Assembly (NCBI GenBank): GCA_002104905.1
Contig: MCFE01000537.1
Span: 1-60,799 of the forward strand
Direction: 5' to 3'
Length of the DNA: 60,799 nucleotides
DNA from: Basidiobolus meristosporus CBS 931.73
Lineage: Eukaryota > Fungi > Basidiobolomycota
The notes below the pieces were generated by a model, which was not told where the DNA came from, made no database searches, and saw only the letters and a list, made by a program, of their open reading frames with translations. The translations under genes and the position numbers were made by a program. Of this stretch, positions 50,560 through 60,799 are shown one piece after another (within the stretch, counting starts at the first letter, position 1; the number at the start of each line of letters is the position of its first letter).

Positions 50560-51540
50560 GTTGACATTGCAGAAATATTTATCAAGAAGAAGGTTGCAAA
50601 TACCTATTTGGCTCACCTATAGCTTTTATGCAAGAGGTTTGTATGGAATTTCTGCTGTTAGACTACAAGCATAAAGCTGAACAAGTAGATTGATGCAACT
50701 ACTGCATCCATGCTCTATTCTAACTTGCCTTGTATGTGGAGGATATTGGGCCTTGCCTCACTATTGAGAGTTTTCTACAGAACTACTGAGTGGGGAGTTA
50801 GGAAGACAAGTCAAGTTGCAGGTACTACCATATTGCAATCTCATCAGGAATAAAACCTTAAAGTCCATCAAGGACTTGATGAGTTGGTGCCTTTTGGGCA
50901 ACCAGGAAGTGCCTGAGTACAGAGGACAGATGTTCATATGGAGACTCCTATATCTCTGCCACTAAGAAGCTAAGTAGCTGCTTTGTGTGAGTAACCAGTC
51001 AAATAATGCAAAGTTGGTTGTACACAACATACAGCTAGTTTTTATTGGGACAACTCTACCAAAGTATGCCAGATTTCTTCTCTGCACAAGCAGATTTCTA
51101 CACCATTCAACAAGGAATGCATAAAAGCTAGATCCAGAGCATAACTATAGAGGGACTAGAGTCCAGCAGAGAGAGGGATATCTTGGACAAGTATCACAAC
51201 TAAAAGCAATAATGCTGAGGTAATGTTAGTATGTCAATGCCAGTAGATGTGTGCATATGTAGAGGTAATTAATCTTGATGACATAGGTTTTGTTGATTCA
51301 AGCTCTATGTGAAGTACCCAGAGTAGTAGTTGGTAAATAAGTAAGTTGAAGTAATTCTACAACTTATTATATGGATGGTGCATGGAGAGGCAGTAAAAGG
51401 AAATACTACTTGGTGTATAAATTTTGTGGCATTGTGCAGTATTAGCTGTAGGCTGCTTTACTGCTGTTAAAGCACCAACAGATAGACACAGCAAGGCTGT
51501 CACAATACTGTCAAGCATTTTCTCAATTATGGCAATTAGA
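50560..51540 (+). mobile_element. CACTA transposase 3' fragment (copy 3)
   Basis: Inverted homolog of 41300-42430 (YKHKAE..D.CNYCIHAL; GRQVKLQVLPY). Confidence 0.75.
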
Positions 51541-51542
51541 TG

Positions 51543-51654
51543 TGTTACAAGTCTTGATATAAGGGTTATAGAGGAATGGGGAGTTTGCTAGTCTTGTACT
51601 GACTAAACCTTGAACTGATTTATATTCAGGTTCTGGCAGCTCCTGTTCTACATT
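51543..51654. repeat. 112-bp partial gypsy LTR in tandem with the full LTR
   Basis: TGTTACAAGTCTTG...CTACATT repeats the start of the LTR at 51655. Confidence 0.85.
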
Positions 51655-54600
51655 TGTTACAAGTCTTGGTATAAGAGTTATAGAGGAATAGGGAGTTTAG
51701 CTAGTATTGTATTCACTAAAACTTGAACTGATCTATATTGAGGTTCCAGCAGCTCCTTATGTACATTTTGCCAGATCAATTGCTGACTAATTGTTCTTCC
51801 TAATGTAGGTGGTGGCTGGTGACTCATTTGATTGCATCATCATGACCCAATAAGATCCTACTTAATAAATTGATATCTGTCTGATAAGGATCTGTTGATT
51901 CATATGCTGACTGATGATTCTAATTTGAAAGATAATACTGATATACTGATAAGCTAAACATATAACTAATTCATTTACTAAAAACTGAACTAACTTAAAC
52001 ATTCAAGCGGCAGATCATAACATTCTCCCCTACTAAAGTTGAGAGGGTTCTCCTGAATCTTTTTTTTTGTGACATCAATATCTTGATGGTTCAGTAATAT
52101 CAGCAAGTCTTGCAAGCTTGAGTCTGTCCCTGTGCACTAAGTCTTCCCGGATATTGCCATGTTTGTCCACTAGTTGGTAAGTTACAAATGGACATTCTCT
52201 GATGATCCTGAATGGTCCTGTCTATTGTAGCTCAAACTTCTTCCAAGTGTTGTTTCTTAGCAATACAAAGTTCCCAACTGTCAATGCTGCTAGTGCTATA
52301 GTCTTATCAAATCTCTGCTTCATCTTTTCTGCACATTGAGATACTTTGGTCAGTGCCTCTTGATGTCTTTATTCCAGGTGCTGGTGTCTACTTGGCTGAC
52401 TGAGTTCATCTTCTAAGGCATCTGTAAGCTTTGGTTATGTGAGATCTCCTGGAATCCTTGGTTCACATCCATACACTAAGTAAAATGGCAATTGTTGGGT
52501 GGGGTTGTGTACTCTGACTCTGCATGCAAAGAGTGCTTGGTCAATATACTCATCCCATCTACTGACAACTCCATTTGCATACTTGGTCAGCATTTTTGCA
52601 AATAATCCATTAAACTGTCCAGTGACTCAATTAGTTCTGGGGCAATATGCTGAGGTTTTTAAGTGTTTGATCTGCTGCATTTCCAGGTAAGCTTCCAATG
52701 TCTTTGCCATAACGTTTGCGCCTCTATTGGCTAGAATCTCTACAGGGCATCCAAGCTTCATAAGAATCTCATGGTATAATGAAACTTGCAACTTCTTGCT
52801 CACTGGCTATAGGCATAGCTTTAGCCACTGGCCATTTAGTGGCATGGTCAACTGCTACTAGGATCCAACGGTTGCATTTCCTGGTGGTTGGCATTCTTCC
52901 AATGAAGTCAACACCCCATCTCTCAAGTGGCCTTACAGGCTCCAAGGGTAAGACATCAGCAATTCTCTGTGGTTGGCCTCGGTTGATTAGGCAATTTGGG
53001 CATGTTTTCACTAGCTTCTCAATGTCATGTTTCATTCTGGGCCACCATGCTTGGGCTTTCACAAGGCTATAGGTTCCTTAAATTCCAAGATGTCCATATA
53101 CATTGTGTAGCTTATGTATTAGACTTGTTTGGTTGGATAGTGCCACATTGATCCATGAGTGCCAAATGATGTAATGTGTGCCAGAGAGGCCAAGTGAACC
53201 TATACTTGGCCACAGAGTGTGCTACATAGCTCTGCATCTCCATGCAAAGCAGCCCCTGTGTTTCACCTATGATGCAGGAGAAAATCCAGTTTTTGATGTT
53301 TTTTTGTGGATCAATGTTGTGCAGGATGTATACAAGCACAGAAGAACTGACAACATGCATCAGGTACTCAATACCCATGGCACTTTGAAGCTAGCTCCTG
53401 TGGCTTGTAACATATCACAAAAATGCATGGCACTGTCTTAGTCCACTGGTACCATCTGGCACTATAAGTGCTTTGTATAGATCTTACTTTAGGGCTAACA
53501 ATTAAATAGAGTGCCAGATAGTGCCAGTGGACCAAGATGGTGCCATGCATTTTTGTGACATGTTACAAGCCACAGGAGCTAGATTCAGAGTGCCATGGGT
53601 ATTGAGTACAAGATGCATATCTTAAAATCTTTTGTACTCTCACACATCCTGCACAACATTGACCTACAAAAAAAGGTCAAAAAATGTATTTTCTCCAACA
53701 CAATGGGTGAAACACAGGGGCTGCTTTGCATGAAGATGCAGAGCTATGTTTCACACTCTGGGGCCAAGTATAGACTCACTTGGCCTCCCTGGCACACTAT
53801 GGCATCATTTGGCACTTGTGGCTCATTGTGGCACAATCCAATGGAACAAGTCTATTAAATCCAGGCAATAAGCAATAGGGCTTCCATCAACAGTTTGGTA
53901 GAGTGTTTCATCCTGTACTACAAACTTGCTAGCTTCATCCTGGATTATCTTCTTGATATCTACATCCACCTCATTAGGAATGGCTTGGTCCTCCAAGTAC
54001 TTTGGTATTAGGCTAGGCCAATCTGATTCATGCACCAAGTTGAGTTGTGGAACTTGTTCTAATCTTGATAAGGCATCAGCAGCCATGCTGTTTTTTCCAT
54101 GACAGTGGACAATCTCCTACTCAAATTGCTGAATGTATTCACTCCATCTTGCCATTCTTCTAGAGAGTACCATCTGAGTAGGTATATACTTGAGGGAGGC
54201 ATGATCAGTCTTCACAGTGCATTTGACTCCTTCATTATAGCATCTCCATGTCTTTAGACAGTGTGTTTTACCAGGCCTCTCCTTCTCATGCACTGGATAG
54301 TTTTGTTCTGCTGAGTTCAGCTTCTTGGATTCAAAGGCAACAGGGTGGTCCTTTCCCTTGTGTGCTTAGCTCAACACTCCACCAATTGCATAATCTGAAG
54401 CATATGTGCACAGAGTAAACTCCTTTCTTGAGTCAGGTATTCTTAAGCTTGGCAGCTTAGCAAGTACATTCTTGAGCGTCTGGAAGGCAGTCTCACAAGC
54501 TAGGTCCCACTTGTAGGTATTGACTTTTTTGAGGGTATCAGTTAAAAGGGCTGCAATACATGCAAAGTACTTCACAAATCTCCAATAGTAGGAAACCATT

Positions 54601-57312
54601 CCAAGGAATGATCTGAGCTCTGATATGCTATAGGGCTGCTTCAGAATCTCGATAACTTCAACCTACCTAGGGTCTAAGATTACTCCTGTGCTTGTCACTA
54701 TATGTCCCAGATAGTCATTGTGTTCTTTGAACAATTCACACTTGGGTATCTTGCCATAAAGCTGGTTCTCTCTTAGCTTCTTCAAGACCTTTTCAATGTG
54801 CATCAAGTGATCCTCGTCTGACTTGCTGTATATCAATATATCATCTAGGTAGATTATGACAAACTTGTCTTAAGTACTCCTGGAAGACAGTCTGCATCAG
54901 GGTCATGAATGTTGCAGGGGTATTTGTGAGGCCAAAACTCATGACTAAGTACTTGTAATATCCATATCTGGTCTTGAATGCTGTCTTAGGGATGTCTTCT
55001 GGCTTCACCCTAATCAGGTTGTATCCTGACATGAGGTCAATCTTGCTGAAAATAGTGGCTTCATTGAATTGGTCCAAGAGCTCATCAGTCCAAGGTATGG
55101 GGCTCTTGTTCTTCATTGTAACTGAGTTGAGGGCTCTGTAGTCAATGCACATCCTAAGTGTTCCATCCTTCTTCTTCACAAAAAGTACTGGTGCTCCCCA
55201 AGGTGACTTGCTGGGTCTGATATATCCTTACTCCAGTAACTGATCTATTTGTCTCTTCATCTCTTCCAACTCCAATGGACTCATTCTGCAAGGTATCTTA
55301 CTCACTGGAGGGCTATCTCCTGCTTCAATGGCATGATCCACATCTCTGACTGATGGTAGGCTTACAAGCTCTTCTGGAAATACATCTGAATACTCCTTCA
55401 AAAGAGTCTGGATCATCTGGGGTACTGGAGTAGAGGAATCCTCCTGTAATACTGCCATGAGGAACATCTGGGTGCCTTTTCTTGGTGCTCTACCAAACAG
55501 TGTCTTGCTAAGTTCACTTGTTTCATACACACTGAAATTGACCAAGTCAAAATCCAGTCTGGCAGGTGATAGCTCATAGTTCTTATTGTCCTTTTGGATC
55601 TGAGTAGCATGGGTTCTCCAGTTGATTGATGGATTACAACAAAATAGCCAAGTTTTTCAAGTACAAGGTCCAACTTGCAGTTCCCAAATATAAATGCCTC
55701 TAGATATTCTTCATAGTCATTGATCTTCATCCTTACTGGCTGAGTAATATGGTTGATTATGTGAGAGTTCCCATCAGCTGTTGAGACTGAAGTTGGTTTG
55801 GTGGGTTCCAAGTTGATTTTAGCTTTCAAAGCAAATTGCTCTAACATGTACTCTTGCAATGCTCCTGAGTCAATCCTGATCTTGGCAGGTACTCAATCAA
55901 TTACTCCATTCAGGTATAATAGCTTTCCTGAGTTTGAGGTCATCTGGGATAGGTATTCTTCTGTCATATGGAAGGTGAGTTCTGAGTCTTGTTCAAGCTC
56001 ATGCTCCATGTTACTATGCTCAAGGGCTTCAATATGGTTGATTGTACTTGATGGCTGGAATCCTTCACTTCTCTAAGGGCAGTACTGTGCAATATGTCCC
56101 TGCAGGTGGCAATTAAAGCAAAGTCATTTCTTCTTACATTCTTCTCAGGTTGGATTTTTCTGCATTGCATCTATTTCCATTGGCACAGCTTCTGATTGAC
56201 TTCTAACATAGTGGTTGTAGCCTATCTGATTAGTCATTGTGGGCTTTCAACGCCAAACATAGTTGAGTCATAGTCAATGGCAATCTTGATGCCTTCTTCA
56301 ATAGTTTGAGATCTTTGATAATTCACTTCCTTGCAAGTTCTTTCTTTCAACCCATTAGTAAAGTATTCCACTTGATCCAGGGGGTCCATTTTTTCAATTT
56401 GTCCAAGTAGTCATCCTTACTCTCCAATGTACTCTTGAACCATTGCTTTCTGTCTGAGTGTCTTCAGCTCTCTTCTTAGTAGTGTCTGCTGACCCAGGGG
56501 CTCAAAAGCATCCTGAATATCCAACACAAACTCACCCCAGGTAGAGATTGTAGAGCATCCCATCATGGTGGCTGACCTGATCTTGTTGTGGTACCACTGC
56601 AAAGCTGCATCTGCCAGGAAAGAGGCTACATAATGTAACTTGCTTTCTGGAGCAATTCCTGTAGCCTTGAAAGCATCTTCATTCTGGAAAAGCCAAGTTC
56701 CTAGGCTTTCATTGACTCTACCATGGTGCTGGTTGACCTTCACACTAATGTTGCTCTTGACAGGGTTTTACTGGCTCTGTGCCATGGTGGTCATTCCTTG
56801 TTGCTGCTGGATAAGGATCTGTAGTGGCTGTTGCTGCTGTGCCAGGATTTGCTGCATAGCATTCTTCCATTCTGTATTTTCAGACATCTTGGGGGAGGCC
56901 CTTCTATCTTCAGGAGGGAAGTTTCTGGTTAATGCCACAACCAATGTTACAAGTTTTGGTATAAGAGTTGTAGAGGAATAGGGAGTTCAGCTAATATTAT
57001 ATTCACTTGAACCTGAACTGATTTATATTGAGGTTCCAGCAGCTCTTTATATACATTTCACCAGATCAACTGCTGACTATTGTATTTCCTAATGTAGGTT
57101 GTGGCTGATGACTCATTAGGTTGCATCATCATCACCCAATAACATCCTACTTAATATATCTACTTCTGTCTGATACGGATCTGCTGATTCATTTTCAGAC
57201 TAATGCTACTGATTTCATAGATTACAATGATATACTGAAAGGCTGAGCATGTAACTAATTAATATATCCAAAAACTGAACTAAATTAAGCATTCAAGCAA
57301 TAGATTGTAACA
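51655..57312 (-). mobile_element. Full-length, inactivated Ty3/gypsy LTR retrotransposon (no chromodomain seen)
   Basis: 368-bp LTRs 51655-52022 and 56945-57312. Domain order gag, CCHC (LCFNCHLQGHIAQYC), PR (IDSGA), RT ([15 protein letters not shown]), RNaseH, IN (GHLG, CPNC, WGVDFIG). PPT TAGGGGAGAA; TGG-starting PBS-like site. No TSD found. Confidence 0.93.
53121..53853. mobile_element. Fold-back / MITE-like non-autonomous DNA element, 733 bp, inserted in gypsy integrase
   Basis: Inverted arms about 53121-53463 and 53510-53853, spacer about 46 bp, termini AGACTTG...CAAGTCT, flanking ATT/ATT. Removing it restores the integrase frame (DLIHKLHNVYGHLG). Confidence 0.92.
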
Positions 57313-57399
57313 CACTAATAGATGGTGAGCCTATCTTCCCTAACAACAGCACTCAGCACAATCCTGGCAAAATCCCACTAAAACAATGAGACATCACCA

Positions 57400-58357
57400 A
57401 GGCAAAAAGATGCCAAGGATACTTTATGGAGTCAAATGAGCCCAGTAAACCATGTATTGATGAATGGTGCAATGTTGTGGTTGGAAACGTAGTGCATATC
57501 TACTAATATCAGTAATGGGAGCTTTGAGGGTTTACTAATAATTCTTGCCAAGATCATTCAAAGATGCAACTTACCATGTACATGGTATAAATGGACAACA
57601 GTCTTGCAGTTAGCAACTTATGATGCGGAGACAGTCCTGATACCAGCATGTGGTAACAGTTGCTGGGCACTCATATCAGTGAATACCACCATGGTAAGGT
57701 GTCCAACTTGTCAGAAATCCTCCACCATTGGGGGAAACATTTTTCACACTCCAGGTATTTTCTGATACTACCCCATCTTATGAAGCTCATGCAGTCCCAC
57801 AAATATTGTGAAACCATAAAGTACAGAGCCCAGCATTAATCAAGTGCAACCATGCCCAATATATTTGATGGTAAGCATTACAAGTAGCTAAGAAGCAAGG
57901 GTTGCTCTGAAGGTATGTATGACCATGCCTTTGCCTTGGCACCTTAGGGATCCTCAAGAAACAAGTACACAGCCAGCAAATCCAGCTGGCCACTTATTCT
58001 CATTAACCTAATTTTGCCACCTATCTGATGGTATAAGTGCAGAGATCTGATGCAGGTCTCAATGGTATATGACCTAAGTCACTGCCCAACTAGGATAGCT
58101 ACCTGTGTCCATTGCTGGATGAATTTTATATGCTCTCCAGTAGGATAACAGTAAATAGCTCTTGTGTCAAAGAGCATATTCTTATATACATTGGAGACAC
58201 CCCAGACATCAGCAAGATAGTCAGCTTATCTGGGCAAAAAGGATGGTATGGCTGTAAATGTGACAGATAGAGTAGACTTACTCCATAACTCCCACATTAT
58301 TACAACCCAAACACCAACACTAGGAACCTCATCTTCCCACAAAGAGAACATACAGAT
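57400..58357 (+). mobile_element. CACTA transposase 5' fragment (copy 4)
   Basis: ACGNSCWA...CPTC, NIFDGKHY, YIGDTPDISKIV..SGQKGWYGC; homolog of 42850-43400. Confidence 0.78.
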
Positions 58358-59950
58358 GTCAATGTGAAATTGTATTTCCTATTTCTATCTTCCCTTGCAG
58401 AAGACATATATTCCACTTTAGATTCACCCCACTTCATTGGCTTACCCACTACTCCCTTGGGTATTCCACATATTGTATGAATCAAAAATGTAATGGCCTA
58501 CTGCTTACTAACCTCTACAAATGTACACTCCTGGCCCAATTGACATACTTCTATCACCTCAACTGTACAGCTTTTTAGTGCAATGCTTGCAAACCTGCCA
58601 TATACTTTGTATGGATGGAAACTTATACATTTTGCAAACATATACTTGGTTGCCACTACTTCTGCCATAAATTCCTCCTGAACATCCACAAAGCGCTTTT
58701 TGGTATTTAGCTGGTATATTCCTTCTCACTGCTGAATTCAAGACCCTCTTATAGGTGTGTTCTGGCTCTTGTTTGGGTGAATTCACTACTGCATTGTGTA
58801 GAAATTGGCTTGTGATCAAGAGAAATCCAATATAACTTGGTAGAGTTTTCCTAATAGAAATTAGTTGTTTGCTGACACCAACCAGACTTTGAGTTACTTA
58901 ACTGTTACCCATGCCTAGGGGCTGCTTATCTTCTTAATGCCATAGGCATAGGTGTCTCCATGTGCACATCTGTCCTCAGTATTTTCCAACCTTTCCTGGC
59001 TTGTCCTCCAAGTGCCAACTCATCAAATCCATGACAAACTTGAAGGTAATATTGTTGATGAGATTGGAAAATGGTAATACCTGCAACTTGACTTGTCTTT
59101 ATATCTCCCCACACATCCCCGCCATAGGAAACTCCCAAAAGATGAATCAAGGTTCAATATTTGCAACACACCAAGCATGATGGAGTAGTAAATGGATACA
59201 GTAGCAGCAGAGATCCATGTGTTCAGCTTTATGCTTGTAGTAAAGCTGCTCAAATCCTGTCACAAACTCTGGGCACAAAAGCTATATATTCATCAAGTTG
59301 GCAATGGTGATTTGTTTTGGTTAATATACCTGCAATGTCCACTTATGACTCCCAAAGCTTCTAGTGTACTCCTTGTAGATATGGCTTCAGAGCACCACTT
59401 GAGTAAATAAGTTTCCAGTTCATCTAATCCTTGCACTTGTATTGTTGAATATGCATGTGAGTGTAGATTAGAGCCTGTGGTAAATAGTTAGAGTAGCAGA
59501 TACACTGTAATATCTGGCCAATTCTTTCAAGTTTCTATGGTATTGCAAAAGGATCATTTAGCTTAAAATGCCCCATGTACAACTTGGTAATTAGTATAAG
59601 GACATTTCAAGAAGCAAATGTAATGCTCCCAGTGGAAAGCTTTTGCTCAAACAGATACCCTCTATTTTAAGTATCACCATTTTCTGATTAATTCCATAAT
59701 TGGGGCAATGACCTATAGCTTGTCAGCTTTGCTGCAATGGCATGCTGACTTCTGTACATTCTGTCTGTGGTATGAAGATGTACTTGCTGTTGATTTTTGG
59801 GTAATAATAATTTGTGTGAGCTATGGAGTAAGTTCCCTGGATCTCACACATTTAACAGCAATACTGTCCATTGTTCCTAGAAAACCCTGCTATCTACCTG
59901 ATGGCTGGGGCATCTCCAATGCAGATATTAATATGTGCTTTCTGTGGTAA
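58358..59950 (-). mobile_element. CACTA transposase fragment (copy 5)
   Basis: Colinear with 41450-43040 (KAHINICIGDAP; IHLLGVSYGGDVWG). Confidence 0.8.
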
Positions 59951-60617
59951 TGGAAAGTATTCCATTACTACAATATCTCTAAACCAATATTGCACTCATT
60001 TCTTTATTTTGCTTTTTGCTATTGTAACACACAAGTGAAAGATCAAGAATTTCCAACTTTGAAGAACAAATGCTCCAGACCCTGACAAGCAATCCACCCA
60101 AGAATATTATGTCATACAGAACACATAGTAGCCAACACATGTTTCAAATTACAGCTCATTTGAAGCAGTACTTAAGGAGTTATGACCAAAAGAGTCCAAC
60201 TATTATATATACTATGCCTTATTGCTAGGATTACTATGGTGACTTTGATTGCGTGTAACTTTTGAACCAGCCTGTCAAATCACGTGAAGTTCTCACAGGT
60301 GCTGCGCCTATGTCCAATCTGCGCCACTGCAAAATTTTAGCTTTGTATCATGTGTATTGCTTGCGCAATCACCCAAAAACTTTGATCCTTCAAAATTTTC
60401 ATATATATGACTTCCCCAGCTGAAAAATAAAGGGAGAGCCTCTCTTTCCAGAATCTCCACACTACAATTACAAGTTTAAAGGTTATAAGACTTCCCCTGC
60501 ATCACTTGCACTGTTGAGTATTCTGACTTTGATTGGTACTACATCAGTAAAGAGACTGCAAAGCTCACAAGAATCCAATCTAAGTTCTACAAGAAACTAC
60601 CACTTTTCTGTTGGAAA

Positions 60618-60799
60618 AGTCCCCTCTAAGAAACCCCTTTACTCTAAAGACACCCTTTAGACACCCCTTTAGACACCCCTTTGGTCTAAAGACCCCTTTA
60701 AGAAACCCCTTTACTCTAAAAGAAACCCCTTTAGGCACCCCTTTAGTGTAAAGTACACTTCAGAGACCACTACAAGAAGCCCCTTTACTCTAAAGACAC
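60618..60799. repeat. Degenerate minisatellite (AGA[C/A]ACCCCTTT with interspersed ACTCTAA)
   Basis: About ten C3-4TTT units; continues to the window edge. Confidence 0.85.

Noticed and set aside
52030-52200. Chromodomain at the gypsy integrase C-terminus
   Set aside because: Translation ends after the GPF-type SH3-like region (GPFRII...LVHRDRLK) with no chromo motif.
53119-53855. TA TSD (Tc1/mariner) reading of the fold-back element
   Set aside because: Formally possible at this site, but the empty-site LTR homologs of the 47238 insertion show the terminal A belongs to the element, favouring a 3-bp AAT/ATT TSD.
1-60799. rRNA, tRNA, snRNA genes and CRISPR arrays
   Set aside because: No recognisable signature seen; CRISPR is not expected in this eukaryotic context.

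Overview
Eukaryotic DNA, fungal by gene content, with short GT-AG introns and CTAAC-type branch points. The gene set and TE types suggest an early-diverging (Mucoromycota/Zoopagomycota-like) fungus; that assignment is inference. The window has two compartments. (1) A gene island at about 0.9-33.1 kb: stomatin/SPFH, a group I truncated hemoglobin, a UBTD-type ubiquitin-domain protein, RMND5/GID2, phosphomannomutase, COX5A, PEX3, MON1, a Bax-inhibitor-1 family protein, an S1 serine protease, a GATA zinc finger and an O-fucosyltransferase-like protein. A secreted-protein pseudogene sits at its left edge. (2) An almost CpG-free nest of dead transposons at 33.2-60.8 kb (and 1-800). It holds one full-length Ty1/copia with LTRs and TSD, further copia fragments, one full-length and one partial Ty3/gypsy, five pieces of one CACTA/EnSpm-like family (one beside a divergent accessory ORF), a 733-bp fold-back element family with an AAT/ATT target, and a terminal C-run minisatellite. 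The strongest leads are the CpG-directed (possibly also CpA) hypermutation visible in paired LTRs, the AWT-targeting fold-back element, the two-gene CACTA layout and a truncated hemoglobin lacking TyrB10. Internal exon boundaries and TE fragment ends were read by eye and are approximate.
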